A stretch of 64,000 nt of DNA, taken from Muribaculaceae bacterium. Lineage in GTDB: Bacteria > Bacteroidota > Bacteroidia > Bacteroidales > Muribaculaceae. The position numbers and the translations under genes are program-made. The notes beneath the pieces are model-generated. The model was not told the DNA's origin. It saw only the letters and a program-made list of their open reading frames with translations, and made no database searches. Below, piece after piece: positions 51,509 to 61,274 of the stretch. How positions within the stretch are numbered: the first letter of the stretch is position 1; the number at the start of each line of letters is the position of its first letter. The stretch covers positions 1,962 through 65,961 of the forward strand of contig JAGANS010000072.1 in assembly GCA_017624155.1 (NCBI GenBank), given 5' to 3'.

Positions 51509-52369
51509 ATGAGACAACTAAAAATTACAAAATCTATCACCAACCGCGAGAGCGCGTCGCTTGACAAATACCTGCAGGAGATTGGCCGTGAGGAACTGAT
51601 CTCGGTAGAAGAAGAAGTTGAGCTTGCACAGCGCATCAAGCAAGGTGACCAGGCAGCTCTCGAAAAACTCACACGTGCCAACTTACGCTTCGTAGTTTCG
51701 GTAGCCAAGCAGTACCAGAATCAGGGCCTCACGCTTCCCGATCTCATCAACGAAGGCAATCTCGGGCTGATTAAAGCCGCACGTAAATTCGATGAAACGC
51801 GTGGTTTCAAGTTTATCTCTTACGCCGTATGGTGGATACGCCAGTCTATCCTTCAGGCTCTCGCCGAGCAGTCGCGTATTGTGCGTCTTCCCCTCAATCA
51901 GGTAGGCTCACTCAACAAAATCAGCAAAGCCCTCAGCAAATTCGAACAGGAAAACGAACGCCGTCCGTCGGCCGAAGAGCTTGCCGAGAGCCTTGATGTT
52001 CCGGTCGAGAAAATCGCCGATACCATGAAGGTATCGGGCCGCCATATCTCGGTCGACGCTCCTGTTGTCGAGGGTGAGGACAACAGCCTCCTTGATGTGC
52101 TTACCAACGAAGACTCCCCGATGGCCGACGCATCGCTCAATCAGGAATCCCTGTCGAATGAAGTTGAACGCGCCCTGCGCCAGCTTCATGAACGCGAACG
52201 TGAGATCCTCAAGATGTTCTTCGGCATCGGATGTCAGGAAATGACACTTGAAGAAATCGGAGCAAAATTTGAACTTACACGCGAGCGTGTACGACAGATT
52301 AAGGAAAAAGCCATCCGCCGCCTCAAAGGTCAGAAGAGCAGGCTGCTCAAATCCTATTTAGGTCAGTAA
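51509..52369 (+). CDS. rpoD: Primary sigma-70 factor (short Bacteroidota type lacking region 1.1)
   Basis: [40 protein letters not shown] and [13 protein letters not shown]; -7 TAACTTTG at 51466-51473. Confidence 0.95.
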   Translation: MRQLKITKSITNRESASLDKYLQEIGREELISVEEEVELAQRIKQGDQAALEKLTRANLRFVVSVAKQYQNQGLTLPDLINEGNLGLIKAARKFDETRGFKFISYAVWWIRQSILQALAEQSRIVRLPLNQVGSLNKISKALSKFEQENERRPSAEELAESLDVPVEKIADTMKVSGRHISVDAPVVEGEDNSLLDVLTNEDSPMADASLNQESLSNEVERALRQLHEREREILKMFFGIGCQEMTLEEIGAKFELTRERVRQIKEKAIRRLKGQKSRLLKSYLGQ

Positions 52370-52374
52370 GACCG

Positions 52375-52402
52375 ATGCCCGCCCCCACAGCGGGCATTTT
52401 TT
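52375..52402 (+). terminator. Intrinsic terminator of rpoD
   Basis: ATGCCCGC-CCCCACA-GCGGGCAT-TTTTT. Confidence 0.85.
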
Positions 52403-52465
52403 ATTTCAGTTCATTAAACCATGACGCCATGCCGCTTGTTTACAATAAAACAAAAACACAGAATT

Positions 52466-53230
52466 ATGCGCGTCACATATCTTGCCCACAGCGGCTTCAT
52501 GGTTCAGACCGATGAAGTCATCCTCGTTTTCGATTACTACCGCGACCCTTCACATTCGGTAGTAAAGGCTCTCGAAAAGTACCCCGACATGCCGGTGGTA
52601 TTTTTTGTAAGTCACAGCCATCCCGACCATTACAATCATGAGATATTCAACCTCGCACAAAACCACAAGCGCGTATATGTATTATCCAACGACGTTGTGG
52701 TACGCGAGACCGATCCGTCGCTTGCCATTCAGGGTATGAGCGTCGGCGATGTTGTCGAGAATCTGCCCGGCGGCATCAGCGTTAAGGCCTACGGCTCCAC
52801 AGATGAGGGCGTAAGTTTCCGTGTCACTCTCAAGGACAACCGCACCTTATTCCATGCCGGAGATCTTAATCTGTGGCACTGGAAGGAAGAGTCTACCGAA
52901 AAAGAAGTAGCCAAGGCAACTGCCGAATTCAAGAAAGAACTCGGCCGCATAGCCGAGGAGAACTCTCACTTCGACGTGGCATTCTTCCCCGTTGACCTCC
53001 GGCAGGGTCAGGACTTCGCCCGGGGCGCTGTCGACTTTATCGAAGCAATCCGTGTATCAGACTTCTTCCCGATGCACTTTGACGGCGACGCCCACATCGC
53101 ATGCGACTTCGGGGTGTATCCCTTCCACAACCAGGTCGAAACGGCATTCCACTGCCTGTACGACCCCGGACAATCAATCGAGCTCAACTATCCGGCACCT
53201 CCCTCACCAAAAATTTATACTATATTCTGA
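52466..53230 (+). CDS. Metallo-beta-lactamase-fold hydrolase (UlaG-like)
   Basis: YLAHSGF, SHSHPDH, FHAGDLN and PMHF; ATG at 52466. Confidence 0.85.
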   Translation: MRVTYLAHSGFMVQTDEVILVFDYYRDPSHSVVKALEKYPDMPVVFFVSHSHPDHYNHEIFNLAQNHKRVYVLSNDVVVRETDPSLAIQGMSVGDVVENLPGGISVKAYGSTDEGVSFRVTLKDNRTLFHAGDLNLWHWKEESTEKEVAKATAEFKKELGRIAEENSHFDVAFFPVDLRQGQDFARGAVDFIEAIRVSDFFPMHFDGDAHIACDFGVYPFHNQVETAFHCLYDPGQSIELNYPAPPSPKIYTIF

Positions 53231-53243
53231 CGTTCAACTATCT

Positions 53244-53284
53244 AAGACAGAGAGGCTGCCCCGACCGGGCAGTCTCTTTGTCTT
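53244..53284. terminator. Bidirectional terminator between the MBL gene and hutI
   Basis: AAGACAGAGAGGCTGCCC-CGACC-GGGCAGTCTCTTTGTCTT. Confidence 0.75.
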
Positions 53285-54507
53285 TAAATACGTTGACCCT
53301 TGAGGTACACGGCGGCTATAGTCGGCTCGCTGTAGGCATGTATGATATAGGGCAGCGACGACGCATAGGATTTATAGATGACAAAAGAAGCATTCTTGCC
53401 AATGCTTATCGACCCGCAACGGTCGGAAAGCCCCATTGCCGCAGCTCCGTTGATGGACACCGCGTTAAGCGCGCGCTCGGGACTGAGCTTCATCTTTATA
53501 CATCCGAGCGACATCACAAACGGCATACTTCCCGACGGAGACGAGCCGGGGTTGTAATCTGACGCCAGAGCGACAACACACCCCGCATCTATAGCTTTGC
53601 GGGCGGACCCGTAAGGCATACCGAGGAAGAACGACGCGCCGGGCAACATCGTAGCAACGGTATCCGACGCTGCAAGCGCCCGGATTTCTTCATCTCCGAT
53701 GCGTTCAAGATGATCGACCGACATGGCTCCGTTGGCTATTCCTACCTGCACACCGCCCGAGCAGTCGAGCTCATTGGCATGAATCTTGGGAAGCATTCCG
53801 TATGGCGCGGCTGCCTTGAGGATACGGTCGGTTTCATCTACGGTAAAGAAGCCCTTGTCGCAGAATACATCAACAAAGTCGGCCTTACCGGCCATAAGAG
53901 GCAGCATATCAGCGATCACATGATCGACATAATCGCCTTGCCGGCCGGCGAAAGCTCGTCCCACGGCATGAGCGCCAAGGAATGTCGCCTTAATCTCAAG
54001 CATCGGAAAGCCAGCACGCAGACGCTCAATAACACGCATCATCTTCACCTCTCCCTCAAGGGTAAGACCATAACCTGTCTTGATCTCGATGGCTCCGGTA
54101 CCCATTGCCATCACCTGCCTCAGACGACGTGCGGCAGCATCATACAGCTCGTCATCACTTACCGAATTGAGAAGATCCGACGAATTGAGGATTCCGCCGC
54201 CATTGGCAGCAATTTCCTCATAGGACTTGCCTTCTATCTTGTCGACAAATTCACCGGATCGGTCGCCGGCCCATACGAGGTGTGTATGCGAGTCACAGAA
54301 CGCTGGTATCACGATACCGCCTTCGGCATCGAGCATATCATCGTTCAGCGGACAACTGCGCATCTCGCCGAAACCGGTAATCACCCCGTCGTAAAATCTC
54401 AGCCAGGCATTGTCGATGCAATAGACATCGTCCATCTCACGGCCACGCAGCCGGCGCACCGACGGATCCTGAATACCGATAAGGCGGCCAATATTCTTTA
54501 TAATCAT
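53284..54507 (-). CDS. hutI: Imidazolonepropionase
   Basis: DSHTH, YEEIAANGGGI, EIKTGYGL, HANEL, VDHLE and ASDYNPGS. Confidence 0.95.
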   Translation of the reverse strand: MIIKNIGRLIGIQDPSVRRLRGREMDDVYCIDNAWLRFYDGVITGFGEMRSCPLNDDMLDAEGGIVIPAFCDSHTHLVWAGDRSGEFVDKIEGKSYEEIAANGGGILNSSDLLNSVSDDELYDAAARRLRQVMAMGTGAIEIKTGYGLTLEGEVKMMRVIERLRAGFPMLEIKATFLGAHAVGRAFAGRQGDYVDHVIADMLPLMAGKADFVDVFCDKGFFTVDETDRILKAAAPYGMLPKIHANELDCSGGVQVGIANGAMSVDHLERIGDEEIRALAASDTVATMLPGASFFLGMPYGSARKAIDAGCVVALASDYNPGSSPSGSMPFVMSLGCIKMKLSPERALNAVSINGAAAMGLSDRCGSISIGKNASFVIYKSYASSLPYIIHAYSEPTIAAVYLKGQRI

Positions 54508-55985
54508 TGTTTGCGCAGGAATTCGACCGATTTTTCAATAAGCGGATACATCACGGTGTCGTTGTCAATGAACGGCACCTCGCGACGATATTCGGCGAGC
54601 CATTCCTCCTGAACCGGCGACGTCTTGTACGGACGGCGGAACTCCAGCGCCTGAGCAGCATTGAATATCTCGATGGCCAGCACACGCTCGGTATTCAGCA
54701 CGACACGTGCCAGCTTTGTAGCGGCATTGGAGCCCATCGACACATGATCCTCCTGACCCTGCGACGATGGTATCGAATCGCAACTGCATGGCCAGCACAA
54801 GCCCTTAGACTGATTGACAACCGATGCGGCGGCATACTGTGGTATCATGAAACCGCTGTTGAGACCCGGTTTGGCAACAAGGAACGACGGCAGCCCGCGA
54901 CTACCCGAAATGAGCTGGTAGACACGACGCTCCGAAATATTCGACAGCTCGGTGAGGGCCACGGCAAGGAAGTCCATCGGCTGCGCGATCGGCTCGCCAT
55001 GGAAGTTGCCTGCCGATACGATGATGTCTTCCTCGGGGAATATCGTAGGATTGTCGGTAGGTGCGTTGATTTCCTCTTCAAGGCGTTCAAGTACATAATA
55101 ATATGTATCCTTGCAGGCACCGTGTACCTGAGGGATGCAACGGAACGAATATGGATCCTGCACATGAGTCTTTGGTCGCGCGATGAGTTCGCTGCCTTCG
55201 AGCCAGTTGGTCATGACAGCGGCTGTCTCGATCTGCCCGCGATGGTTGCGTACCTCATTCACTTCCTTTCCGAATGGTTCTATACGGCCGTCAAAGGCAT
55301 CGAGCGATATGGCTGCGATGCGGTCGGCGAGGTTCATCAGCCGGCCCGTGTGTATAAGGCTCCATACACCGTAGGCACTCATAAACTGTGTACCGTTGAG
55401 CAGGGCAAGGCCCTCTTTGGACTGTAGCTGAATCGGTTCCCAGCCCATCTCCTTCAGCACATCGGCCGACGGACGCAGTTCGCCCTTGTACTGTACTTCG
55501 CCAAGTCCGAGCAGCGGCAGCGACATGTTGGCAAGAGGCGCGAGGTCGCCCGAAGCTCCGAGCGAACCCTGTTGGCATACCCTGGGGAGTATATCATTAT
55601 TGTAGAAGTCGACAAGGCGCTGCACCGTAGCAAGCTGCACACCCGAATTACCGTAGCTGAGCGACTGTATCTTGAGCAGAAGCATCAGGCGCACGATCTC
55701 GTCGGGGACGCGCTCGCCTACGCTGCACGAGTGCGACATCACAAGATTCTTCTGCAATGTAGCCAGCTGGTCGTGGTCGATGCTGATATTGCACAGCGAC
55801 CCAAATCCGGTCGTGATGCCGTAGATAGGTTCCTTGGCATCCTGCATCTTGCGGTCGAGATACTCGCGGCATGCCGTGATTCTTCTCACGGCCTCATCGC
55901 TGAGCTCGAGTTTCATGCCCCTGCCGATGATTTCCTTTACACGTTCGATTGTAAGCCACTCGGGCGAGATATGATGTACTTCCAT
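54504..55985 (-). CDS. hutH: Histidine ammonia-lyase
   Basis: YGITTGFG, GASGDLAPL (MIO), KEGLALLNGT, QDPYSFRC.PQ and QEDHVSMG. Confidence 0.96.
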   Translation of the reverse strand: MEVHHISPEWLTIERVKEIIGRGMKLELSDEAVRRITACREYLDRKMQDAKEPIYGITTGFGSLCNISIDHDQLATLQKNLVMSHSCSVGERVPDEIVRLMLLLKIQSLSYGNSGVQLATVQRLVDFYNNDILPRVCQQGSLGASGDLAPLANMSLPLLGLGEVQYKGELRPSADVLKEMGWEPIQLQSKEGLALLNGTQFMSAYGVWSLIHTGRLMNLADRIAAISLDAFDGRIEPFGKEVNEVRNHRGQIETAAVMTNWLEGSELIARPKTHVQDPYSFRCIPQVHGACKDTYYYVLERLEEEINAPTDNPTIFPEEDIIVSAGNFHGEPIAQPMDFLAVALTELSNISERRVYQLISGSRGLPSFLVAKPGLNSGFMIPQYAAASVVNQSKGLCWPCSCDSIPSSQGQEDHVSMGSNAATKLARVVLNTERVLAIEIFNAAQALEFRRPYKTSPVQEEWLAEYRREVPFIDNDTVMYPLIEKSVEFLRKQ

Positions 55986-55988
55986 GTT

Positions 55989-58004
55989 TCAGAGTATGTC
56001 TTTGATAGAGTTATGAATCAGAGTGTCGTCGGCAAGATTGGGCATCGTCACTTTCAGGCCCGGAGTGCGCGCCATTTCGCGCTGTATGGCATCCATCGCG
56101 CCTTTGTTGCGGCCCCACGAGCGACGGGCGATACCGTTGTTGACATCCCACAGCAGCATCTCGCGGATACGGCGGTCGCATTCCTCGGATCCGTCGATCA
56201 CCATACCGAAGCCACCGTTTACTACTTCGCCCCAGCCAACACCGCCGCCGTTGTGCAGAGACACCCAGGTGGCGCCGCGGAATGCATCGCCGATAACATT
56301 ATGAACAGCCATATCGGCGGTGAACTGCGATCCGTCGGTTATATTAGATGTTTCGCGATATGGAGAGTCGGTACCGGACACGTCATGATGATCGCGGCCA
56401 AGCACCACCGGCGCGGTGATACGGCCATCACGTATAGCCTTGTTGAATTCAAGCGCTATACGGGCTCGGCCCTCGGCATCGGCATAAAGTATGCGTGCCT
56501 GCGAGCCCACCACAAGATGGTTGGGACCTGCTTCGCGTATCCAGTGCAGATTGTCGGCCAACTGGCCCTTGATGTCGTCGGGCGCGGTCATGAGCATATC
56601 TTCAAGCACGTCGCCGGCAATACGGTCAGTCTCAGCCAGGTCAGCGGCATCACACGACGAGCATACCCAGCGGAAGGGACCGAAGCCATAGTCGAAAAAT
56701 CGCGGGCCCATGATTGCCTGTACATACGAGGGGTAGCGGAACTTGCCGTCATCGCCCATGATGTCGGCGCCGGCGCGCGACGATTCGAGCAGGAAAGCAT
56801 TGCCATAATCGAAGAAGTACATGCCTCGGGCCGACAGTTTGTTAATTGCATCAACCTGTCGGCGCAACGAAGCCTTCACGGCCTCCTTGAATCTATCAGG
56901 CTCTTCGGCCATCATGCGCAATGAGTCTTCATAGCTGTATCCCACGGGATAATAGCCACCGGCCCAGGGATTGTGCAAAGATGTCTGGTCCGAACCAAGA
57001 TCCACATGCACTCCACGTTCGGCAAGCCGCTCCCACAGATCTACTACATTACCCTGATATGCAAGCGAAACAGCCTCTTTATTTTCAACAGCATTCAGAG
57101 CGCGGTCGATAAGTTCGTCAAGATCGGTATGCACCTCATCTACCCATCCCTGAGCATGGCGCTTCTCTACAGCAGCAGGATTTATCTCAGCCGTTATACT
57201 TACAACGCCTGAAATTTTCGCAGCTTTGGGCTGAGCTCCCGACATGCCGCCGAGTCCGGCCGATACGAACAGCATGCCGCCGATATCGCCGCCGGGACGC
57301 ATGGCACGCGCGGCATTCAGCACTGTGATTGTGGTGCCGTGCACAATACCCTGCGGGCCGATATACATATATGAGCCGGCCGTCATCTGTCCATACTGCG
57401 ATACACCGAGAGCATTGAAGCGCTCCCAGTCGTCGGGCTTGGAATAGTTGGGGATAACCATACCGTTGGTCACAACCACGCGTGGAGCTCCGGGATGCGA
57501 GGGGAACAAGCCGAGCGGGTGACCCGAGTACATAACCAGTGTCTGCTCATCGGTCATTTCGCTCAGATATTTCATCACCAGGCGATATTGCGCCCAGTTC
57601 TGGAACACGGCGCCGTTGCCGCCATAAGTGATAAGTTCGTGAGGATGCTGGGCCACTGCCGGGTCGAGATTGTTCTGAATCATCATCATTATGGCAGCAG
57701 CCTGGCGCGAGTGCGCGGGATATTGGTCGATCGGGCGGGCGTACATGTCGTAATGCGGACGCAGGCGATACATGTATATGCGGCCGTAGTCGGCCAGCTC
57801 GCGGGCGAACTCAGGCGCGAGTTCAGCATGCATCTTTGCGGGGAAATACCGCAGAGCATTGCGCAGGGCAAGCTCTTTCTCGGCCGGCGTAAGGATGTCC
57901 TTGCGGCGCGGAGCATGATTGACTGTGTGGTCGTATTCGCGTGGCGCTGGCAGCGGATCGGGAATACCGGCAGTAATATCTTTCTTAAATTCTTCGAGTG
58001 TCAT
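55989..58004 (-). CDS. hutU: Urocanate hydratase (long form)
   Basis: NNLDP.VA, GQMTAGS..YIGPQGI, GLGGMSGAQP, DQTS.H, GRDHHD and HNGGGVG. Confidence 0.96.
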   Translation of the reverse strand: MTLEEFKKDITAGIPDPLPAPREYDHTVNHAPRRKDILTPAEKELALRNALRYFPAKMHAELAPEFARELADYGRIYMYRLRPHYDMYARPIDQYPAHSRQAAAIMMMIQNNLDPAVAQHPHELITYGGNGAVFQNWAQYRLVMKYLSEMTDEQTLVMYSGHPLGLFPSHPGAPRVVVTNGMVIPNYSKPDDWERFNALGVSQYGQMTAGSYMYIGPQGIVHGTTITVLNAARAMRPGGDIGGMLFVSAGLGGMSGAQPKAAKISGVVSITAEINPAAVEKRHAQGWVDEVHTDLDELIDRALNAVENKEAVSLAYQGNVVDLWERLAERGVHVDLGSDQTSLHNPWAGGYYPVGYSYEDSLRMMAEEPDRFKEAVKASLRRQVDAINKLSARGMYFFDYGNAFLLESSRAGADIMGDDGKFRYPSYVQAIMGPRFFDYGFGPFRWVCSSCDAADLAETDRIAGDVLEDMLMTAPDDIKGQLADNLHWIREAGPNHLVVGSQARILYADAEGRARIALEFNKAIRDGRITAPVVLGRDHHDVSGTDSPYRETSNITDGSQFTADMAVHNVIGDAFRGATWVSLHNGGGVGWGEVVNGGFGMVIDGSEECDRRIREMLLWDVNNGIARRSWGRNKGAMDAIQREMARTPGLKVTMPNLADDTLIHNSIKDIL

Positions 58005-58016
58005 GACGAAGCTCTA

Positions 58017-59723
58017 TTATCGGTCAATGGTTTTGTTTACGTTATCAAGTATCTCGGCACGGCGGCGCACAGCTTCGGAGGCTATAGAAGCGGCTTCGGA
58101 GGTAAGTTTGTCAGCCTTAGCACGGTCTTTGAGACCGGCGGCGTTAATTCGGACATTGAGATTGGCGCCGGCCACGGCAGCCTCAGCGGCTATGGCACCC
58201 ACGCCGGCATCGCTCACCGAATTTGGGTTGCCGATACGCGCCATGGCATCGAGAAGATCAAAAGTCGCATAAGCCGCCTTCATCGTGCGCAGAGGCACCT
58301 CGGTGGCATACAGAGTGGCGCTCTCCAGGGCCTCGGCTCGTGCGGCTGTCTCCTCGTCGGTACCTTTCGGCATGCCGAACACGGCCATGATACGGTTGAA
58401 AGCTGCGGTATCCTCGTCGACAAGCGCCATAAGCGTATCAAGGAGCTTGCGGCCGCTGTCGGCATAGTCTGAGAACTCTTTCCAGCGTTCGTCCCAGCCC
58501 GGCTTGTGGGCCGAAAGGTTTGCCACCATTGTGCCGAGGGCGGCAGCGAGGGCGCCCATATAGGCCGATATTGATCCGCCGCCTGGAGCAGGCGATTCGG
58601 ACGCTGTCTCGTCGGCGAAGCCGCGGCATGTTATATCCACGAGATTTTTCTCGCCTTTGCGGTCGGCGTCAATCATATATTCAATTACCTTTTCTTCGGG
58701 TACAAAAGGCTTGAGCTCGTCAAGGCCCATAGACTTTATAGCCATGCGCAATATCTCGTGTTCCGGCAGCCCGGTGGAGCGCTGCTGCTTCTCCAGAAAA
58801 TATCGTCCGGCATCCACAAGAGCACGCTTGGGCACGAGGCCTACGATTTCGGTGCCGGTGACACGGATACCTCGGGCGGCGGCTGCGCGCGTCACTTCAT
58901 CAAATGCCACATGCAGCGGTGTGGCGGCGATGTCGGTTATGTTCATCGACACCTGGGCGATACCATATTCGTCAATATACCATCCGATAGCCTTTGTACC
59001 CTTAAGGGTGCCGGGCTGCATGATTGTCTTGCCGTTCTCGTCCTTAAGCGGCTTGCCGGTGACTTTGCCACCTTCGCGCACCGGGCGTCCCTTCTCACGC
59101 ACGTCGAAGGCAATGGCGTTGGCGCGGCGTGTGGAGGTGGTATTGAGATTGAAGTTGACAGCAATAAGGAAGTCGCGGGCACCGATTGTCGTGGCGCCGG
59201 TACGTGCGGCGGCTTCGTCATAAGGACGGTCGCCGAAATCGGGGCCTTTGCCCTCGTGATTCATCTTTTCGGGGAGCGCCTCATATTCGCCTGCACGGCA
59301 TACGGCCAGATTCTTGCGCTCGGGCACTAAAGCGGCGGCCTCATAGCAATAGGTAGGAATACCGAGTTCAGTAGCCACACGCTCGGCAAGTTTACGGGCC
59401 ATTTCGGCGCATTCCTCGAGGGTAATGCCGCTAACAGGTATAAGCGGACATACATCCGTAGCGCCCATGCGGGGATGCGCACCGTGATGCTTGCGCATAT
59501 CGATAAGTTCGGCGGCTTTTTTAATTCCCTGGAACGCGGCCTCTACCACAGCCTCGGGCTCGCCGACAAAAGTGACAACGGTACGGTTTGTGGCCTCTCC
59601 CGGATCCACATCGAGCAGTTTCACATCGGCGGCATCAGTGATACTTTTGGTTATGGCGTCGATAACGGCGCGATCGCGGCCCTCGCTGAAATTGGGCACA
59701 CACTCTATAAGGCGTTTTTCCAT
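58017..59723 (-). CDS. ftcd: Bifunctional glutamate formimidoyltransferase / formimino-THF cyclodeaminase
   Basis: ECVPNFSEGR, HPRMGATDVCP and AQVSMN; C-terminal PAPGGGS and GNPNSVSDAGV; ATG at 59723. Confidence 0.93.
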   Translation of the reverse strand: MEKRLIECVPNFSEGRDRAVIDAITKSITDAADVKLLDVDPGEATNRTVVTFVGEPEAVVEAAFQGIKKAAELIDMRKHHGAHPRMGATDVCPLIPVSGITLEECAEMARKLAERVATELGIPTYCYEAAALVPERKNLAVCRAGEYEALPEKMNHEGKGPDFGDRPYDEAAARTGATTIGARDFLIAVNFNLNTTSTRRANAIAFDVREKGRPVREGGKVTGKPLKDENGKTIMQPGTLKGTKAIGWYIDEYGIAQVSMNITDIAATPLHVAFDEVTRAAAARGIRVTGTEIVGLVPKRALVDAGRYFLEKQQRSTGLPEHEILRMAIKSMGLDELKPFVPEEKVIEYMIDADRKGEKNLVDITCRGFADETASESPAPGGGSISAYMGALAAALGTMVANLSAHKPGWDERWKEFSDYADSGRKLLDTLMALVDEDTAAFNRIMAVFGMPKGTDEETAARAEALESATLYATEVPLRTMKAAYATFDLLDAMARIGNPNSVSDAGVGAIAAEAAVAGANLNVRINAAGLKDRAKADKLTSEAASIASEAVRRRAEILDNVNKTIDR

Positions 59724-59767
59724 ACTGGGATGAGTATAATGATTGTCAGGTAATGATTCTAAATAAT

Positions 59768-59814
59768 AAAAAGCAGATGGGGCAGACCACCGTCCGCACC
59801 CATCCACAAAGATA
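59768..59814 (-). promoter_or_regulatory. -7 element (TATCTTTG) abutting a terminator-like hairpin upstream of the hut operon
   Basis: Minus strand reads TATCTTT-GTGGATGGGTGCGGAC-GGTG-GTCTGCCCCATCTGC-TTTTT. Confidence 0.65.
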
Positions 59815-59861
59815 CAATCTTTTCCTGATTAATCAGCAAGTTTTCACTAAAAAAGCGAAAT

Positions 59862-61274
59862 TTATCTATGGGATTCTCTGTTCCAGCCACCGCCAAGTGC
59901 CCTGTATAGGGCCGCTATTGCAAGATAGCGGTCGCGAACTGCATTGCTGTAATTAATCTGCGCGTCGAAATATCGGCGGTGCGCGTCGAGCACGTCGATA
60001 TAGTTGATCGTTCCGCCTATGTATTGCTTGTTGGCGAGGGTCACATATTTGTAAGCCGCGTCGCGCAGTTGCCGGCGACTGTTTACAGTGGACATCGCCG
60101 ACCTATATGTCACTGCGGCATCGGCGACCTCGGTGAATGCTGCCATCACGGCCTGCTCATAGCTCAGTCGCGTCTGCTCGTAGGCCGCTATCGTAGCCTT
60201 GTATTTGCGCCGGTTGCGTCCGAAATCGAATATCGTACCTGTGATATTGCCGAGCAGATATGTGAAGGGCGACGCAAACAGATGCGCGAAATCATCATTC
60301 TCCCATCCGCCGGTCAACGACAGACGTATCTTGGGAAACTGGTTGCTGTACGCCACACCGCAGTTTTCAAGAGCGGCCCGCAATCTCTGCTCTGCCGCAC
60401 GGAGATCAGGACGACGTTCGAGAAGTGCCGACGGTACCCCCGACGGCATTTCCAGGACAAGGTCTTCATCAAAATAATGACTATCCATCCCATCGAGCCA
60501 GTCGGCCGGAAATCGTCCCATGAGAAGTGTTATGGCATTGCGGGCAACTTCGATACGGCGTTCCAGACTGGGGATCAAGGCTGCGGTAGTGGCATATTCT
60601 ACCTGTGCCTGCTGATACACTAATTCCGAAGTAAGGCCACCTTCAAAGCGCAAGCGGGCTTTTTCGCGGGCCTCCTCACGTGTGACGAGTGTACGGCGTA
60701 CGATATTGAGTTCGTTCTCAAATGCGACCAGATTGAAATAAGCTGTCGCAGCCTGAGAGATAAGTGTTATCTGCATAGCCCGCATATCTTCGACAGATGC
60801 CATGAACTGAGCCGCACTGCGCCGTCGTGCCGCACTCAGGCCGCCCCACATATCTATCTCCCAGTTGAGAGTAGCCTTGAAATCAGTTTCAGTATCAGGA
60901 ACATATCCTTTGTCATGATAGTCATTGGTTTCGCGTGTCGCACCGACAATACCTGTGACAACAGGCATGTAGCAAAGCTTGTCCACACCATAAAGCTGCC
61001 GCAGCTCCTCGACACGTGCGGCCGCCGACATGAAATCGCGGTTGTGGTCGAGGGTTTCACTTATAATATAACTAAGTGTGGAATCAGTATAAAACTTCCA
61101 CCATTCGATATCGGCTACACACAATGAATCGTTTACGAGTTCTCCCGGCACAGTCTGAGACGGCATGTCGAGCTGCGGAGGAACAAGATTTTTTGTGCCT
61201 GAACACGAGAGCGCCATCACAGGCAATAGCCCTACACATATTATATATATAGCTGAAGACAATCTGTTTTTCAT
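59862..61274 (-). CDS. Outer-membrane efflux lipoprotein (TolC/OprM/NodT family)
   Basis: Lipobox ALS|C, WWKFYTD, WEIDMWG, PSALLERRPD and LYRALGGGW. Confidence 0.93.
   Translation of the reverse strand: MKNRLSSAIYIICVGLLPVMALSCSGTKNLVPPQLDMPSQTVPGELVNDSLCVADIEWWKFYTDSTLSYIISETLDHNRDFMSAAARVEELRQLYGVDKLCYMPVVTGIVGATRETNDYHDKGYVPDTETDFKATLNWEIDMWGGLSAARRRSAAQFMASVEDMRAMQITLISQAATAYFNLVAFENELNIVRRTLVTREEAREKARLRFEGGLTSELVYQQAQVEYATTAALIPSLERRIEVARNAITLLMGRFPADWLDGMDSHYFDEDLVLEMPSGVPSALLERRPDLRAAEQRLRAALENCGVAYSNQFPKIRLSLTGGWENDDFAHLFASPFTYLLGNITGTIFDFGRNRRKYKATIAAYEQTRLSYEQAVMAAFTEVADAAVTYRSAMSTVNSRRQLRDAAYKYVTLANKQYIGGTINYIDVLDAHRRYFDAQINYSNAVRDRYLAIAALYRALGGGWNRESHR

Noticed and set aside
55989-59723. 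Long eukaryote-like HutU and fused FTCD as horizontal transfer from eukaryotes
   Set aside because: Both forms are known in anaerobic bacteria including Bacteroidales, and GC content and codon usage match the host.
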